Positions 1-37,152 are shown, counted from the stretch's first letter. The stretch: 64,000 nt of DNA from Octopus sinensis (GCF_006345805.1 NC_043020.1:1612001-1676000), one strand, 5' to 3'. Program-made: numbers and translations. The notes: generated from the sequence alone by a model not told the origin.

Positions 1-610
1 TGAAAGTCTTGCACAGAAAGAGCACAAGCGCAGACACGACAAGTAACCCCCAAACTATGCCGGAATATGGATACGAGGTAATAGGTGCTTGGTACCAACA
101 TACACAAGAAAAAGGTAATCGACGAAAAAGGAAGGTTTTGACTTCCAGACAGACAAGGTGTTAGAGCACCGAAGGCCGCATATTGTAACCCTTAGGAGGG
201 ACCATCAAGAGTGCCCAATACTCAACGTGGCAATACCAGGAGATCAACATATTATCAAGAAAGAAAGAGAAAAAATTAATAAATATGGAGACCTTAGAAT
301 TGAGATCACCAAAATGAGGAAGCTACACGAGTCAAACATAAAGGTTGTCCCTATTGTAATCAGAACATTGGGTTCAGTACCACCCAAACTGAAAAAACAT
401 CTGGAAACTTTAGAAATACCCTATAATCTATGTGTATTGCAAAAATCGGCATTACTTGGAACTGCACGCATATTGCGTAAAGAATTGCTTGTTTGAGGTC
501 CATTGTGACTTGACAGGAAGTACAAAGCCCCGGTAGACATAGACATCATATCTTCAATCAACAACATCACGTTATTGGATACTGTTCGAAGTCTTAAATA
601 ATAATAATAA
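1..610 (+). mobile_element. 3' end of an R4/Dong-type non-LTR retrotransposon (restriction-like endonuclease domain), degraded
   Basis: WDFQTD..LEHRRPHIV, KEREKINKYGDL, VVPIVIRTLGSVP, LQKSALLGTARILRK; stop at 496; ends in a (TAA)n run. Confidence 0.8.
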
Positions 611-1124
611 TTTCCATTTTTGTTACAGGGCCAGCAGGCGTTGATAATATACGTATAAGTGATCAAATGGTTCTTATATTATCGACCCTGGAAGTATGAA
701 AGGCAAAGTCAACCCCGGCCGAATTTGAGCTCAGAACATAAAGACGGACGAAATGCCACTAAGAAATTCGCCCGACGTACTAACGATACAGTTACTCCTA
801 GTTCACCGCACCATTTGTTCCAAAATATTGAAAGGTTTTATTAGGGTACAAATAGCGCCTTTTATAAATTATATCATTTTTTTATTAGGGCATTGACTAT
901 TTATCATTTAATGATGGCATGCTTGGATAAGTGATAGTCAAGTACGCAAAAATCTCGCTGAAAATATACGGTAAACCGTAAATGCCAGGGGCAGTTGAGA
1001 TAACCATCCCACTTCACGTTGAAGTTCTATCTGCAGTTAAACACACCTCTTTATAACCGAGGGTTACGTCAAGAGCTATATCCAAATGAAATATTAAATC
1101 TCTATGATAATAACCATTACTCAC

Positions 1125-23066
<21,942 letters not shown>

Positions 23067-23416
23067 ATTCACAAACCAAAAATGTATGTCTGGAATACGA
23101 AAGTGTCTCTGAAACGCCTTTCTCGAAACCGAACTGGAAATAGAAACATATATACATACATAAACATTTATGTATACGTATATATATGTATATGTATATA
23201 TACATACACAAGTTAGAAAGGAGACATTAAAATGCAGTACCCAACCCTTGTGTTTGGTAAGTCCCAGGTAGTGTGAGTACGTTTACCTGTAGAGCACGTT
23301 TACCACTTATGGCTACAAGGCGTCATCCGTATTACGGCGCTTTGGTCGCAGATGTAACACACAGTGCAGGAAACCTCGTCAGGTTATGTAAAATGCTTCA
23401 AAATTGATAAGATTTA

Positions 23417-23465
23417 CATTTCGTTTTCGCTCCACCAGTATATAAATTGGAGCGAAAACGAAATG
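23417..23465 (-). promoter_or_regulatory. Candidate gene A core promoter: TATA-like loop inside a perfect 18-bp inverted repeat
   Basis: catttcgttttcgctcca-ccagtatataaat-tggagcgaaaacgaaatg; ~150 bp upstream of a CAG|GTAAAC donor at 23287/23286. Confidence 0.4.
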
Positions 23466-23748
23466 CAGTCAACTGATGAAGTGTCACTGCACCGTGTGTT
23501 GCATCTGATGTTATTGCATCGCACCACTTCTACTAGAGAGCAGTGCAGAAAGAAGCCAAGACAATTGTTGTGCTACAAAAAGCTTCTTGTTACACTCCGT
23601 CTTCCATATCTATCATTTAATTCATACACACACACACACTCACACACACACACACACTCACAAATGGAGTTAAACGTAGGTGTCATTCAAATTCTTTTAC
23701 TATTGGTGCCGTCCTCTACCCATACATGCATATATATATATATATTAT

Positions 23749-23794
<46 letters not shown>

Positions 23795-24527
23795 AAATAT
23801 ACACGTTTTGAGTTGAGGAAAAGAGTACTACCTACAACGGAAGAGTTTAAGGTTATTTTCTGCTATAAGCACAAAGCCTGATGTCTTGCGCAACTGGTAT
23901 TTATGTTATCGACCACGATGATGATAAAAAGTAAAGTCAACTACGGCGGAATTTGAACTCAGACCGTAAAGATAAAAAAAAATACCGCTAAGCTTTTTTG
24001 TCTGGATTGTTCATGATTCTGCCAGCATGTTGTCTTATAGCTGAGATTAATATTTAGCACAAGGCCCACAAGTTTAGGGGGAGGGGGTAAGTCGATCCAG
24101 TTTGTACAAAACGACGAACGATAAAGTCGGCCTCGACGGATTTTGAATTTAGAACGTAAAGGCGGACGAAATGCCGCTGTGCGTTTCGTCCGGCGTACAA
24201 ACGATTTTGACTGCTGAGTTTAATAATAACTTTATTTTGGACGCGCCAGTCTCTTGTTATTCCGAATTTCACTTGGGACAGCACACGTTCTTCAAGCAAG
24301 TTATATGTGTGTTTGTTCCATTGTTTGTATGTGTATGTGTATTGTATGTGTGTGTGTGTGTTTTAATTTTTCTCTTAGGCACAACGACACTAACAACACG
24401 GTGTTAGAATTCAATATACAAATTCTTCAGAGAAATGCATTAGTCGAGTACAGAGCGGAATAAGAGGTTATATAAACGAGAAGGAAATAAGAAATTATAT
24501 AATAAAGTTCATTATTCATTAGTTTGT

Positions 24528-24780
24528 GAAGGCGCGTGGCTTAGTGATCAGGGTGTTAGCATCATGACCGTAAGATTGTGGTTTCGATTCCTGGACCGGG
24601 CGACGCGTTGTGTTCTTGAGCAAAACACTTCATTTCACGTTGTTCCAGTCCCCTCAGCTGGCAAAAATGAGTAACGCTGCGATGGACTGGTGTCCCGTCC
24701 ATTTGTGGAACACATACGCCATAGAAACCGGGAAACTGGGCCTATGAACCTGGCTAGGCTTTAGAAGGGTGCATTTATTT
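24528..24780 (+). mobile_element. SINE with a family C head and a different 3' domain (gcgatggactgg...gaaaccggg)
   Basis: Head matches 2501; tail matches the 3' part of 13814-14110. Confidence 0.7.
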
Positions 24781-25109
24781 ATTTTATTATTCATAAGTTT
24801 ACAACTGTTTCAGCTATATATTATAGACAGACACGTACACACACACACACACACACAAGCACACATACACAAACAAATAAACGCATATATATATATTTTG
24901 TAAATTCCACGTCGTTCCGTAATATTGTAAAGAAAGAACAAAAGGAAAAAAGTCAAACTTCTTATTTGAAATCACACAGCATGACCAGATATCGGCCCAG
25001 GATCGATAAAAATCGATCCAATACAGAGAATGTATTCGGTATAAAAAAGCAGAAGGGTATAATCAATTATATATACCGAATTATACAACCGGTATAGCAT
25101 CCTATCGAT

Positions 25110-25338
25110 AAGGCGGCGAGCTGGCAGAAACGTTAGCACACCGGGCGAAATGCTTAGCGGTATTTCGTCTGCGTTACGTTCTGAGTTCAAATTCCGCCGA
25201 GGTCGACTTTGCCTTCATCCTTCGGGGTCGATAAATTAAGTACCAGTTACGCACTGGGGTCGATGTAATCGACTAATACCTATGTCTGTCCTTGTTTGTC
25301 CCCTCTATGTTTAGCCCCTTGTGGGTAATAAAGAAATA
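25110..25338 (+). mobile_element. SINE family A, full length, with a 19-bp TSD
   Basis: TSD ggtatagcatcctatcgat (25091-25109) / ggtatagtatcctatcgat (25339-25357). Confidence 0.88.
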
Positions 25339-25575
25339 GGTATAGTATCCTATCGATCTCAGAGGATTGGAGCTCAAAATATTTGATATCTAAAAGTAAT
25401 CAAACCACCACAAAACCAGTTTATGTGGGTGTATATATGTCTACATGCATATATGCACGAGCGCGTGCCCATGTATGTATGGATGTATGTATCTATATAT
25501 CTATCTATGTATGCATGTATGTATATACGTATTTTGGCAAAATGTCCATCTCCAAATATAACCGATTTGTTAGAC

Positions 25576-25678
25576 TAAAGGCGGTGCTCCAGCATGGCTG
25601 CAGTTACATAATTGAAACAAATAACAGAATAAAAGAATATATATACATACATACATACATACATACATATATGTATAT

Positions 25679-25711
<33 letters not shown>

Positions 25712-25837
25712 TGTATAGTATTTTATTCTTTTATTTGTTTCAGTTATATAACTGCAGCCATGCTGGAGCACAGCCTTTAGTGGAATATATATATAGACAT
25801 ATATATATATATATACATACATATATATATATATATA

Positions 25838-25898
<61 letters not shown>

Positions 25899-25998
25899 AT
25901 AGTATTTTATTCTTTTATTTGTTTCAGTTATATAACTGCAGCCATGCTGGAGCACAGCCTTTAGTGGAATATATATATAGACATATATATATATATAC

Positions 25999-26035
<37 letters not shown>

Positions 26036-26150
26036 CATATATGTATATATATATATATATGTATGTATATGTATATAGTCTTTTATTCTTTTATTTGTTT
26101 CAGTTATGTAACTGCAGCCATGCTGGAGCACAGCCTTTAGTGGAATATAT
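25576..26150. repeat. Locally amplified SINE-B tail: one plus copy and three tandem minus copies (~180-185 bp period)
   Basis: The aactgcagccatgctggagcacagcc variant recurs near 25750, 25935 and 26110, and is inverted at ~25580. Confidence 0.82.
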
Positions 26151-26349
26151 ATATACATATATATATATAATATATATATATAATATACGCTCATTTTGGT
26201 GATATAAAAAGGAGAAATAAGCCAAAAACGTGAGTATAGATATATTTATACATATATGTGCTATATATATATATATATTATATATATATATATATAATAT
26301 ATATATATGTGCATGTCTCTCTATATTACACACACACACACTCACACAA

Positions 26350-26393
<44 letters not shown>

Positions 26394-26586
26394 TGAAAAG
26401 TGCAAATGGTTGACACAGATTCAATTCAATTTGACGATAATAGGAAAATCAATATCGAAAATTTTAGTCACTCTAAGTAGAGTGACTATATTACATAACA
26501 ACAACAAGAACAATAACAACAGCAACAATAACAACAACAGCAATATTAATAATAGCAATAATAATAACAATAATAATAATAACACC

Positions 26587-26632
<46 letters not shown>

Positions 26633-27129
26633 GCAACAACAACACAATAAAATAAGAAACATAAACAAACCAACAAAAGAACCCTTGCAGTAGTATTTAC
26701 CTATTTATCCATTAGTTACCCGGCTGTTATTGTTGTTGTTATTGTGGTTGTGACTCCAACATTTCCTGTTTTTGAGCTTTACGATCCAACTTATTCCTAC
26801 GAAACTTTGCGTGGGCTTTTTTTTTCTTTATATAATACTTATTTTCTTATTCTTATATATTCTGTCAATCTTGTCGCCAAGACAATTTTTATTTTGTGAG
26901 TCCTCTTAGACCATTTTATGTTTTTTTCCAGTAGGCCTATTCCCTTATTCTCATTCCCGTCAGCTATTCTGCTATTCTGTCTCTTACGAGGTGTTATATA
27001 GCACTTTCTGTTTTGTTTTTTTTGCGTCTGCCACATTTCTTAATGTTTCGTTCAATGAAGAACATAATTTCTTCGAGGCGACAAAACAAAAACAAATAAA
27101 TACATCAAAACGTCCCCTTACTTCCTACA

Positions 27130-27352
27130 TAATAATAAAAATAATAGTAATAGTAGTAGTAGTTGTAGTAGTAGTAGTAGTAGTAATGATAATAATAATA
27201 ATATAATAATAATAATAATAATAATAACAACAACAATAATAATAATAATAATAATAATAATAGTAATAATAATAATAATAATAATAATGATAATAATAAT
27301 AATAATAATAATAATGATAATAATAATAATAACAACAATAATAATAATAATG

Positions 27353-27419
<67 letters not shown>

Positions 27420-27450
27420 TAATAATAATATATAATAATAATAATAAAAC
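27130..27450 (+). repeat. (TAA)n microsatellite
   Basis: Direct read; source of the poly-Y/L ORF. Confidence 0.97.
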
Positions 27451-28192
27451 CCAGTAGACCGCCTAAAGGCTGGAAGCAAAGTATGGTTATGATGTTTGAG
27501 GATAAAACAGCAGAAAAAAAAGGGGAGAAAACAGAAATAAATGATTATTTATATAAAATATGGATCAATCTTTTCTCTTTCGTGCAAGATGCAGGACTGT
27601 ACACTATTTGTTAATTCTCTTTGTTTCCCCCATTTTTCTCCCTTTTTTTCTCTCGTTATTCATTATTCTCCTACACTGCAGCTGCTGCTGCTGGAGAGCA
27701 TGACAATTGTTGCACATACACGAAAACACACATATACACACACATCACACATCACACACACAATTGCACACATATAATGGGGTTGTTTATATTTGGTCCT
27801 GTGTGCAATATATTTGCAGTAAACCATCTCTTAATCTGCATACATACAAACATACAGACCTATATACACATATCACGCATACATGAATACATATATATAT
27901 ATACACATACAAATATAGAATCTTACGTACCTATATATCTGTATTTACAGACGTCCTCCTTCCATTCACTCATTTATACATACATACATACATACATACA
28001 TACATACATACATACATACATACATACATACATACATACATACATACACACATATATATATACATACATTCATACATAAAAACATATATGCAGATAGTAT
28101 ATGTAGACTTATATACAGAAAATACCCATTCATTCAGACAAACATATATACATACATGCATACATACGCCTCTATTCACACATAAACACATA

Positions 28193-28224
<32 letters not shown>

Positions 28225-28276
28225 GCATATATGGAATGTGAATAAGTAACAAAGATGTACAGGTATCAATACTTTA

Positions 28277-28945
28277 CAGCTGTTTCAAGCGGCTCTATTT
28301 AATTGCTACTGCATAAGTCTCTCTGAGAGATTTAGAAATGCGATATTTCTAATTTTGTAGATCAGTGAATTTATTTCATTTGAAATTCTGTTTTCAAAGG
28401 TGAATAAGCATCGACAGCTAGCAAGCCAAGCTACACCAGACTGATAAAGAGCAATAACTCTGAAACTAGTCTCTGGATGCTGGCTTTGCTGAGTGGAGGT
28501 GCGTATATCCCCTGTTTGAAAACATAAGGACACAGTACGCTTGTGTCACATAGCCAACTGGAAACGGTGTTTGCTGGGGCTAAATAGCAAAATAATTACA
28601 TTGTTTCCTTATGCTATATCTGTAGAAGAACGAGTTGAGAAAATAATACATATCTTATTAAGCCTTTTATAATTTAGAGAATAGTAGAGGAAAAATAGTG
28701 CGAATCAAGATAAAGGAGCGGTGGCGTAGTTATTTATATTAGAAAATTTTATGCAGTACGTGGTCTTCAATAATTTAGAATAAAATCCGCTGGGAATTAG
28801 CCTTCTATTATTGATGTAAATTTGTTTAAAATAATTTATCCTCTGTTTGAAAGCTATATGGTCATCTGCACTGAAGAGAGCGGTTTCTTTCAAATTGATG
28901 TAATGCTTTCATTGATCAATTAAATGGAGCCGCTTGAAACGGCCG
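28277..28945. mobile_element. TA-flanked element with ~30-bp TIRs (non-autonomous DNA transposon)
   Basis: TA|cagctgtttcaagcggctctatttaattg ... caattaaatggagccgcttgaaacggccg|TA. Confidence 0.62.
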
Positions 28946-29064
28946 TAATTTATTGACACCTATACATCACTGTTGCTGATTTGCCTTCTGTTCACTTAAC
29001 TTGAAGCTATGGATGTAAATGCATCAATCTTATATATATAATATTATGGGTATATTTCCACTTC

Positions 29065-29218
29065 ATTTATATTTATATTTAAAAAACTTCCTCCTACATT
29101 TTTTAATTGCAAAGTCTTTGATCAAATCCTCAAAATTAATTTTGCAGAACACATCTGCTTCTATCCCGAATATTATTTTAGCAATTTTAAAGTGATTTCT
29201 TTTGTGCCGTAAACCATT
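29065..29218 (-). mobile_element. hAT transposase C-terminal relic
   Basis: IFGIEADVFCKINFEDLIKDFAIKKCRR resembles the end of the hAT dimerisation domain. Confidence 0.6.
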
Positions 29219-29239
29219 TACAGTTTCTGTGCCCCACCT

Positions 29240-29545
29240 CCCTTGATCCGCCATGAGAAAGCGGGGCACAAATTTTGTTGCAACTCTTTTCATACACAAT
29301 TCCTCACTGCAAATTCGTTTGGAGTACATACCAGCCATATCAACACGTTTGCCAATTGTTTGGCAACGATCCTCCCAGATCAGATCATGGATTTTTGTGA
29401 TGGTTTCTTTCATTCAGGAGGTCAACAGTCCCCTTGAATGAGGTTGGTCTTCAAGCAACAAGTGACCATTCTTAAAGCATGAAAACCACTCATAAACTTG
29501 TTTTTCTCATGGCAGCATCCTTGTAAGCTGTTTGGGCATCTCTGA
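29240..29545 (-). mobile_element. Mariner transposase N-terminal relic
   Basis: VYEWFSCFKNG..LED.PHS and IHDLIWEDR...LCMKRVATKFVPRFL. Confidence 0.8.
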
Positions 29546-30235
29546 TCACGAGCAGAAGTAGTGGGGGAGCATCATAGCCATGTGTTGAGAGGGATTCTTT
29601 GGGGTTTGAATAATTCACCTCTGGAAACATGGGTGTTTCGTTCAACATCCTTAAACAACCCTTATTCAAGGACCTTTTGAGCGGGATGGGTTACTAGATC
29701 AGAATAAAATTCTAACTGGGCTCCACCTGTAAGATCATGCGCTGTTTATCTTGATATAAGATCATCATGCCGCGCACATATGGTTGTGATGCCTGTGCCT
29801 GGTGTACCCTTATCAGACGGGTAGTTATGATGGGTATACTGGGCTTCGTATATTTGTAACCCAGAGTCACTTTGATAGCATGCATTGCTCTCTCACTCAA
29901 TAATAATATCAATAATAATAATAATAATTTCTACAATAGGCACAAGGCCTGATATTTTGGGTTGGGAGGGCTAGTCGATTATATCGACCCCAGTGTGTAA
30001 CAGGTACTTATTTCAATGTCGACATCGGCGGAATTTGAATTCAGAACGTAATGCTGTTGAGTATATTGCCCAGCGTGTTAAAGATTACAAGTGATTGCAA
30101 AAAACATGCAGATTGAAAGTAAACAACAACAACAACAACATTAATGATCCTTTCTACTATGGGCACAAATGGCTGATATTTTGGGGGAGGAGTTAGTTGA
30201 TTACATCGACCCCAGTCTTTCATAATAATAATACT

Positions 30236-30237
30236 AG

Positions 30238-30289
<52 letters not shown>

Positions 30290-30364
30290 GATGATGATGA
30301 TGATGTGATGATGATGATGATGATGATGATGAAGATGATGAAGATGATGATGATGATGATGATA

Positions 30365-30399
<35 letters not shown>

Positions 30400-30735
30400 G
30401 ATGATTATGATGACGATGATGATGATGATGAAGATGATAATGATAATGTTAATGATGATGATGAAGATGATGATGATGATCATCATAATGATGATAATGA
30501 TGATGATGATGATGATGAAGATGATTATGATGATGATGATGATGATGATGATAATGATGATGATGAAGATGATGATGATGATGATAATGATGATGATGAT
30601 GATAATGATGATGATGATAATGATGATGATGATGATGACGACGACGACGACGACGACGATGATAATGATGATGATGATGATGACGACGACGACGACGACG
30701 ACGACGACATGATGATGATGATGATGATGATGATG
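30236..30735 (+). repeat. ~500-bp interrupted (GAT)n microsatellite
   Basis: Direct read; source of the poly-D/M/I/S ORFs. Many further (TA)n, (TG)n, (TATG)n, (TATC)n and (AG)n tracts occur across the window. Confidence 0.97.
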
Positions 30736-31158
30736 GAAGAACATATAGAAAGGGGGAGGATTAAAATTGAGGAAACGAAAGAAATGCATATTCGATAGAT
30801 CGATAGACAGGTAGCTACCTTATTGTATATTTCTGATGTATGTTATTGATGTAAATATTGATAAAAAGATATACTCGCATGCGTACAGATATACAATGAC
30901 AAAACTCACAGACTCACGCATGCACATGGTATCTATAGGTATACATACATGCAATACACACAAACACGTATACGTATATATATATGTGTGTGTGTGTGTG
31001 TGTATGTATGTGTATGTATATATATATGTGTGTGTTGTGTGTGTGTGTATGTATGTGTATGTATATATATATGTATATTTATATGTATATATACATATGT
31101 ATGTATATATATGTATATATGTATGTATATATATATAGACGTATATGTATATGTATGC

Positions 31159-31203
<45 letters not shown>

Positions 31204-31459
31204 TATGTACATATGTGTGTGGTTTGTGTACGCGTATCTATATCTATCTATCTACCTAGCTCTATATACATACACATACATATATACATGCATACATACA
31301 TACACACACACACACATATATATACATATGTATATACATATTCATATATTAATATATACATACATATACATGTACATCCATATATAAATATACACCTATA
31401 TTTACATATATATATGTATGTATACATGTATGTATACATGTATACATATATATGTATGT

Positions 31460-31504
<45 letters not shown>

Positions 31505-31722
31505 TATATATATAGTCTATTCATACATGTATGAGAGTATGAGTGTGTGAGTGTGGGAAGAAAATAAATATAAAAGCTAATTGATACAATAAGTGAAATG
31601 CAGCGCCAGATTCAAAGACGCATATAAAAAAAGAATTGCTGATCAATCGTAATTAGGATTCGCCAATTTCTGGGAAGATTTAAAAGGAAATATAAGCATA
31701 TAGCAAGATATATATATATATA

Positions 31723-31761
<39 letters not shown>

Positions 31762-31852
31762 GTATATATATATATTATATGAGTCTGTGTGTGTGTGTGT
31801 GTTTATGTGTGTGTGTGTATGTGTATAGGTGTATATATGTATTTGCGTGTGT

Positions 31853-31952
31853 NNNNNNNNNNNNNNNNNNNNNNNNNNNNNNNNNNNNNNNNNNNNNNNN
31901 NNNNNNNNNNNNNNNNNNNNNNNNNNNNNNNNNNNNNNNNNNNNNNNNNNNN
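31853..31952. other. Scaffold gap (100 N)
   Basis: Exactly 100 consecutive N. Confidence 1.
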
Positions 31953-32810
31953 TTCAACTTTAAAGCACTTTTCGCTACATTTGGTGTGTCTTTTCTAATT
32001 GTGCTACCAATCCACTTCCACTTTTTCTTAAATGTTTGCTCCCTAATCGAAATTTGTTCTGTTCTTTGCCATAGCTCCATATTGCTTATGTGTTGGGCCA
32101 TCTAATTTTAAGTAAACTACGCAAGCATCTGTTGATGAATAATTGTATTTGCTTATTTGACTTAACTGTTGTTCGCCATGTCTCAGCCCCATCTGAAATA
32201 AGGGATGGGATTTTTAACGATTTTTCTATTTGCCTGTGTTCTTTCTTAGCATTAACATCATTTCTCGGTTCCCCCATCTCAAAAAAAAAATGAATATCTT
32301 CTCAATCTGCTGCCAGTCGAGATAAACATTTAAGGGTAAAGCACAACAGCTGGCAATATATAAACCGCGATTTTGGCCCTTCGTACGTTTAGCCCTTCAC
32401 GTGTATGCGGTGATTACCGCCTTTCGTTGCATTGCACCCCTGTTGGTGAGAGTCTCGGCAGGCTGTTGACGTGGACACCTAAGAAGTATACTAGACGCAA
32501 CAGACCTTGATCACTGTTTAGTTGGCTGAATTGTCACCTGCCTGAAATTGGACCCCACATGTACTTCTTGGGCTGTCAAAGACTATACTGTCTTTTTGAT
32601 ACAATATCGAGTAGTCTGTCACCTGAGATCCTTCAACGATTTTCATCTTTTCGTATCTAAGAACAAAAGCCTTAACTCGGACAACGCCTCTTTTGTACTT
32701 TACATCAAATAAAAATGATTGAACGACATTTTCGCCGTTAGCAGGTCTTATGGTTTACCTTCCTTTCCTAAGAGCATCTTCCAAACTTCTAACTGTCCTC
32801 TTCATCTACT
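31953..32810 (-). mobile_element. RTE-clade LINE reverse-transcriptase C-terminal relic
   Basis: GAETW...QLFINRCLRSLLKIRWP / ISNMELWQRTEQ...KWKWIG; frameshifted. The extent beyond 32290 is less certain. Confidence 0.8.
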
Positions 32811-32900
32811 TCATATCAATATTTTCAATAACTACATCCTTACTTAACTTTATCGATTCAACAATATAATAGTTAAAAGAACAAAGAAAATGATAGCGCT

Positions 32901-32931
<31 letters not shown>

Positions 32932-33786
32932 AGAGAGATAGAGTAAGAATGAACGAGAGAAAAATCAATATAGCTTTTCAGTTGTGGAGTAGATTTTCGT
33001 ATACAAACATTAGACCTGAGGCTGTTTGTCATAAAGACGAAGTTTTATTTCTTATGGTTTGTTGGGTTTAAAGAAGAGAGAAATAAAAAGCACGAGAAGA
33101 AGAAGGAAGAAACACGGCAAGAAAGAAAAGAAGAAGGAGGATAAAAGTAAAGAAAGAAACTATAAAATCGCAATAATTCTACGAACAACAGTAAGTACGA
33201 TCCTTCAAACTTTCGATGTGGATTTCACAAAGCGATAACGAGATGCAGATTGATGTCAGGTTTGCTTTTGTTAATACTACTGCGGTTGCAGATATTGTTG
33301 CTATTGTTGTTGTTGCTGTTGCTGCTGTTGTTGTTGTTGTAAAGTCCAAGAAAAGTCCGGATCGGTGGGTCTGTAATAAAAAGGAAAACAAATTCTACTT
33401 GTGACAAGCCGGGTGTTTTCTTCCTGGATATATAACACACAAAATTACATACGGTGTATTGTATTATCCGTTTTGTTTCTTGTTTTCATTTGCGCAAACT
33501 GTTGGATATAAATTGTTTTGAGAGGGATTTGGCTGTTATGTCTGAGGCTTAGCGGTTTAGGCGGATCTAGGAGGAGCGAGCACGTAATTGTTTCACTCGC
33601 TTGTTTGTATATAGTATACATACACAAACATACACATACACAATCACACATACAATCACATGCGTATGTATGTGCGTGTGTGTGGATGTGTGTGTATGTA
33701 TATTCATATATATATATAAATATGTATATGCACACAGATGTTTGTGTACATATATGTATATATTTGGTATATACGATATATATATT

Positions 33787-33817
<31 letters not shown>

Positions 33818-33818
33818 T

Positions 33819-33854
<36 letters not shown>

Positions 33855-34077
33855 AATATATTTATATATATATTGGATATGTATAAGCATATACATAATA
33901 CGTATGAGCATATACATGTTATGTGAATTTATACATACATATATATGTATATATCCATATATTATATATATATATGTATATGTATATAAATAGATGTATA
34001 AATGTACATATATGTGTGAGTGTTCGTGCGGCGCGCATGCGATATACTTACATACATACATACATACATACAAAAAA

Positions 34078-34123
<46 letters not shown>

Positions 34124-34135
34124 GTATATATGTAT

Positions 34136-34173
<38 letters not shown>

Positions 34174-34176
34174 GTA

Positions 34177-34224
<48 letters not shown>

Positions 34225-34374
34225 CACACGCACAATCACATCCACCCACCCCCCCCACACACACACATGAATACCAATGCTTTAATTCCTCTTCTGAAAT
34301 ATTGAATGATTCATTTAATCCCAAGAATGCTTTCCTGTCCTAAGAACAAGCATAACCCGATATCTCTATGTACA

Positions 34375-34446
<72 letters not shown>

Positions 34447-34572
34447 TAATATAATATATATAGATAATATACATACATACATATACATATATGTATATAT
34501 ATATATAACATACATGCTACATACATACATACATGCATATATATATGCATATATATATGTGTGTATGTATAT

Positions 34573-34604
<32 letters not shown>

Positions 34605-34791
34605 CCGTATGTATGTATTATATATATATACATACATAACTATACATATATATATATATATATATAATATACATACATACATATATATAGTATGTATATA
34701 TATATATGTATGTATGTATATATATATAAATATATATACATACATATATATATGTATGTTATATATATATGTATATATATATGTATTATAT

Positions 34792-34839
<48 letters not shown>

Positions 34840-35236
34840 GCGCGCGTGTGTATATTATATAGGTATATATGCGTAGTATGTGTGTGCATCAATACATATT
34901 TGCATTTCGTTAATTAAGATTCGAAGAGATTAGGATCAGGTAAGTATCTTCGAAGGTTTGTTTACACAATTCTCTCATAACAATTTATGATTGATTCGCT
35001 CTGCACTTGATAATGATATGCCTGTCTGCTTGCACATATTTTTTTGTTTACCTGTTGGTCTGCATATCTATTAATGTCTGACAGTCTGTCTGTCTGTCTG
35101 TCTTTCTGTATATTTTATCATCTGACCATCCATCGCCTAATCCATCCACCCGTCTGTCCATCCGCCCGCCCACTCGTCCGTCTTCCTGTCCGTCCACCCA
35201 TGTGTTTGTCTCACTATATATCTGCCTGTCTCTCTG

Positions 35237-35333
<97 letters not shown>

Positions 35334-36128
35334 TTATTCGGATTCGAGGGTTACCCACTTGCAAAAAAATGTGGTAACACAACAATATTGACCGAGGTTA
35401 CCGTGGTTTCTTTTTCGTAGGCTTTTCTTCCCACGGATAAACTTTATCTGCTTCCCCCTTTACACCGTACATCATGACACTGTGATACACGTTCCCTATT
35501 GATCGTTTTTTTTCTCTTCCCTTTTTTCCTCTTTTTTCTTCTTTTTTCTTCTTTCTTTTCTTTCGTTTCTCTTCCTTTTTTCTTTTTTTCATTTTCCCTT
35601 TAACGATCCCTTTTGAACGAAAACCTACACCACTTTTGTTTTTTTTCTCATCCCCCCCCCCCCAAAGAAAAGCTCTACCTTGTAATTTGTCCCCTCTGTG
35701 TGCAGCCCTGTGTGGTCAATAAAGAAACTTATTCGGATAGTCTGAATGTCTATCTTTCTACCAATTTCACTGCCCATACATGCACATATCCGTCGATCAC
35801 TCCATCCATCCATCCATCCATTCCCACTTCTTTCTCTCTCACTCTTCCTACCTATCTATCTTCGTCTGTCTGGTGGTTTCTCTAATTCCCTCTCTCGCTC
35901 TGTCTATATACTCTTCTCTCCGTCTCTCTCTCTTGTTAATAGTCATACCTATTTTAGCTGGAATATTAAGATGTTCCTTTCGCAACCAGTTAGTCCTCAG
36001 TTCTGACTTACTCCCCTTATGTAGAGCAGCTGTCGACAAACATATATATCATATATATGCATATATGCATATACATACATACATACACACACCACACACA
36101 CACACAGACACACGCACACACAACACAC

Positions 36129-36927
<799 letters not shown>

Positions 36928-37095
36928 TTCAATTATATTTTTTACTATATTTCATAAGTGAAAGAGTATTGTGTTTATCGACCGGTTTCGTTTTTGCTAA
37001 TCATGACACATTCAAATCTTAGTCCATGAAGATCTTAATCCAGCGTGCTAACGATTCTGCTAGCTCACCACCTAATAATAATATCAATAATAATG

Positions 37096-37152
<57 letters not shown>

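Noticed and set aside
841-1100. Missing M4 exon of gene A
   Set aside because: Candidate acceptors give stops in the required phase 2, and no M4-like hydrophobic segment is present; the exon is probably left of the window.
30197-30789. Poly-D/M/I/S proteins and the many YI, CV, HT and MYVC-repeat ORFs throughout
   Set aside because: They are translations of microsatellites that are open in several frames on both strands.
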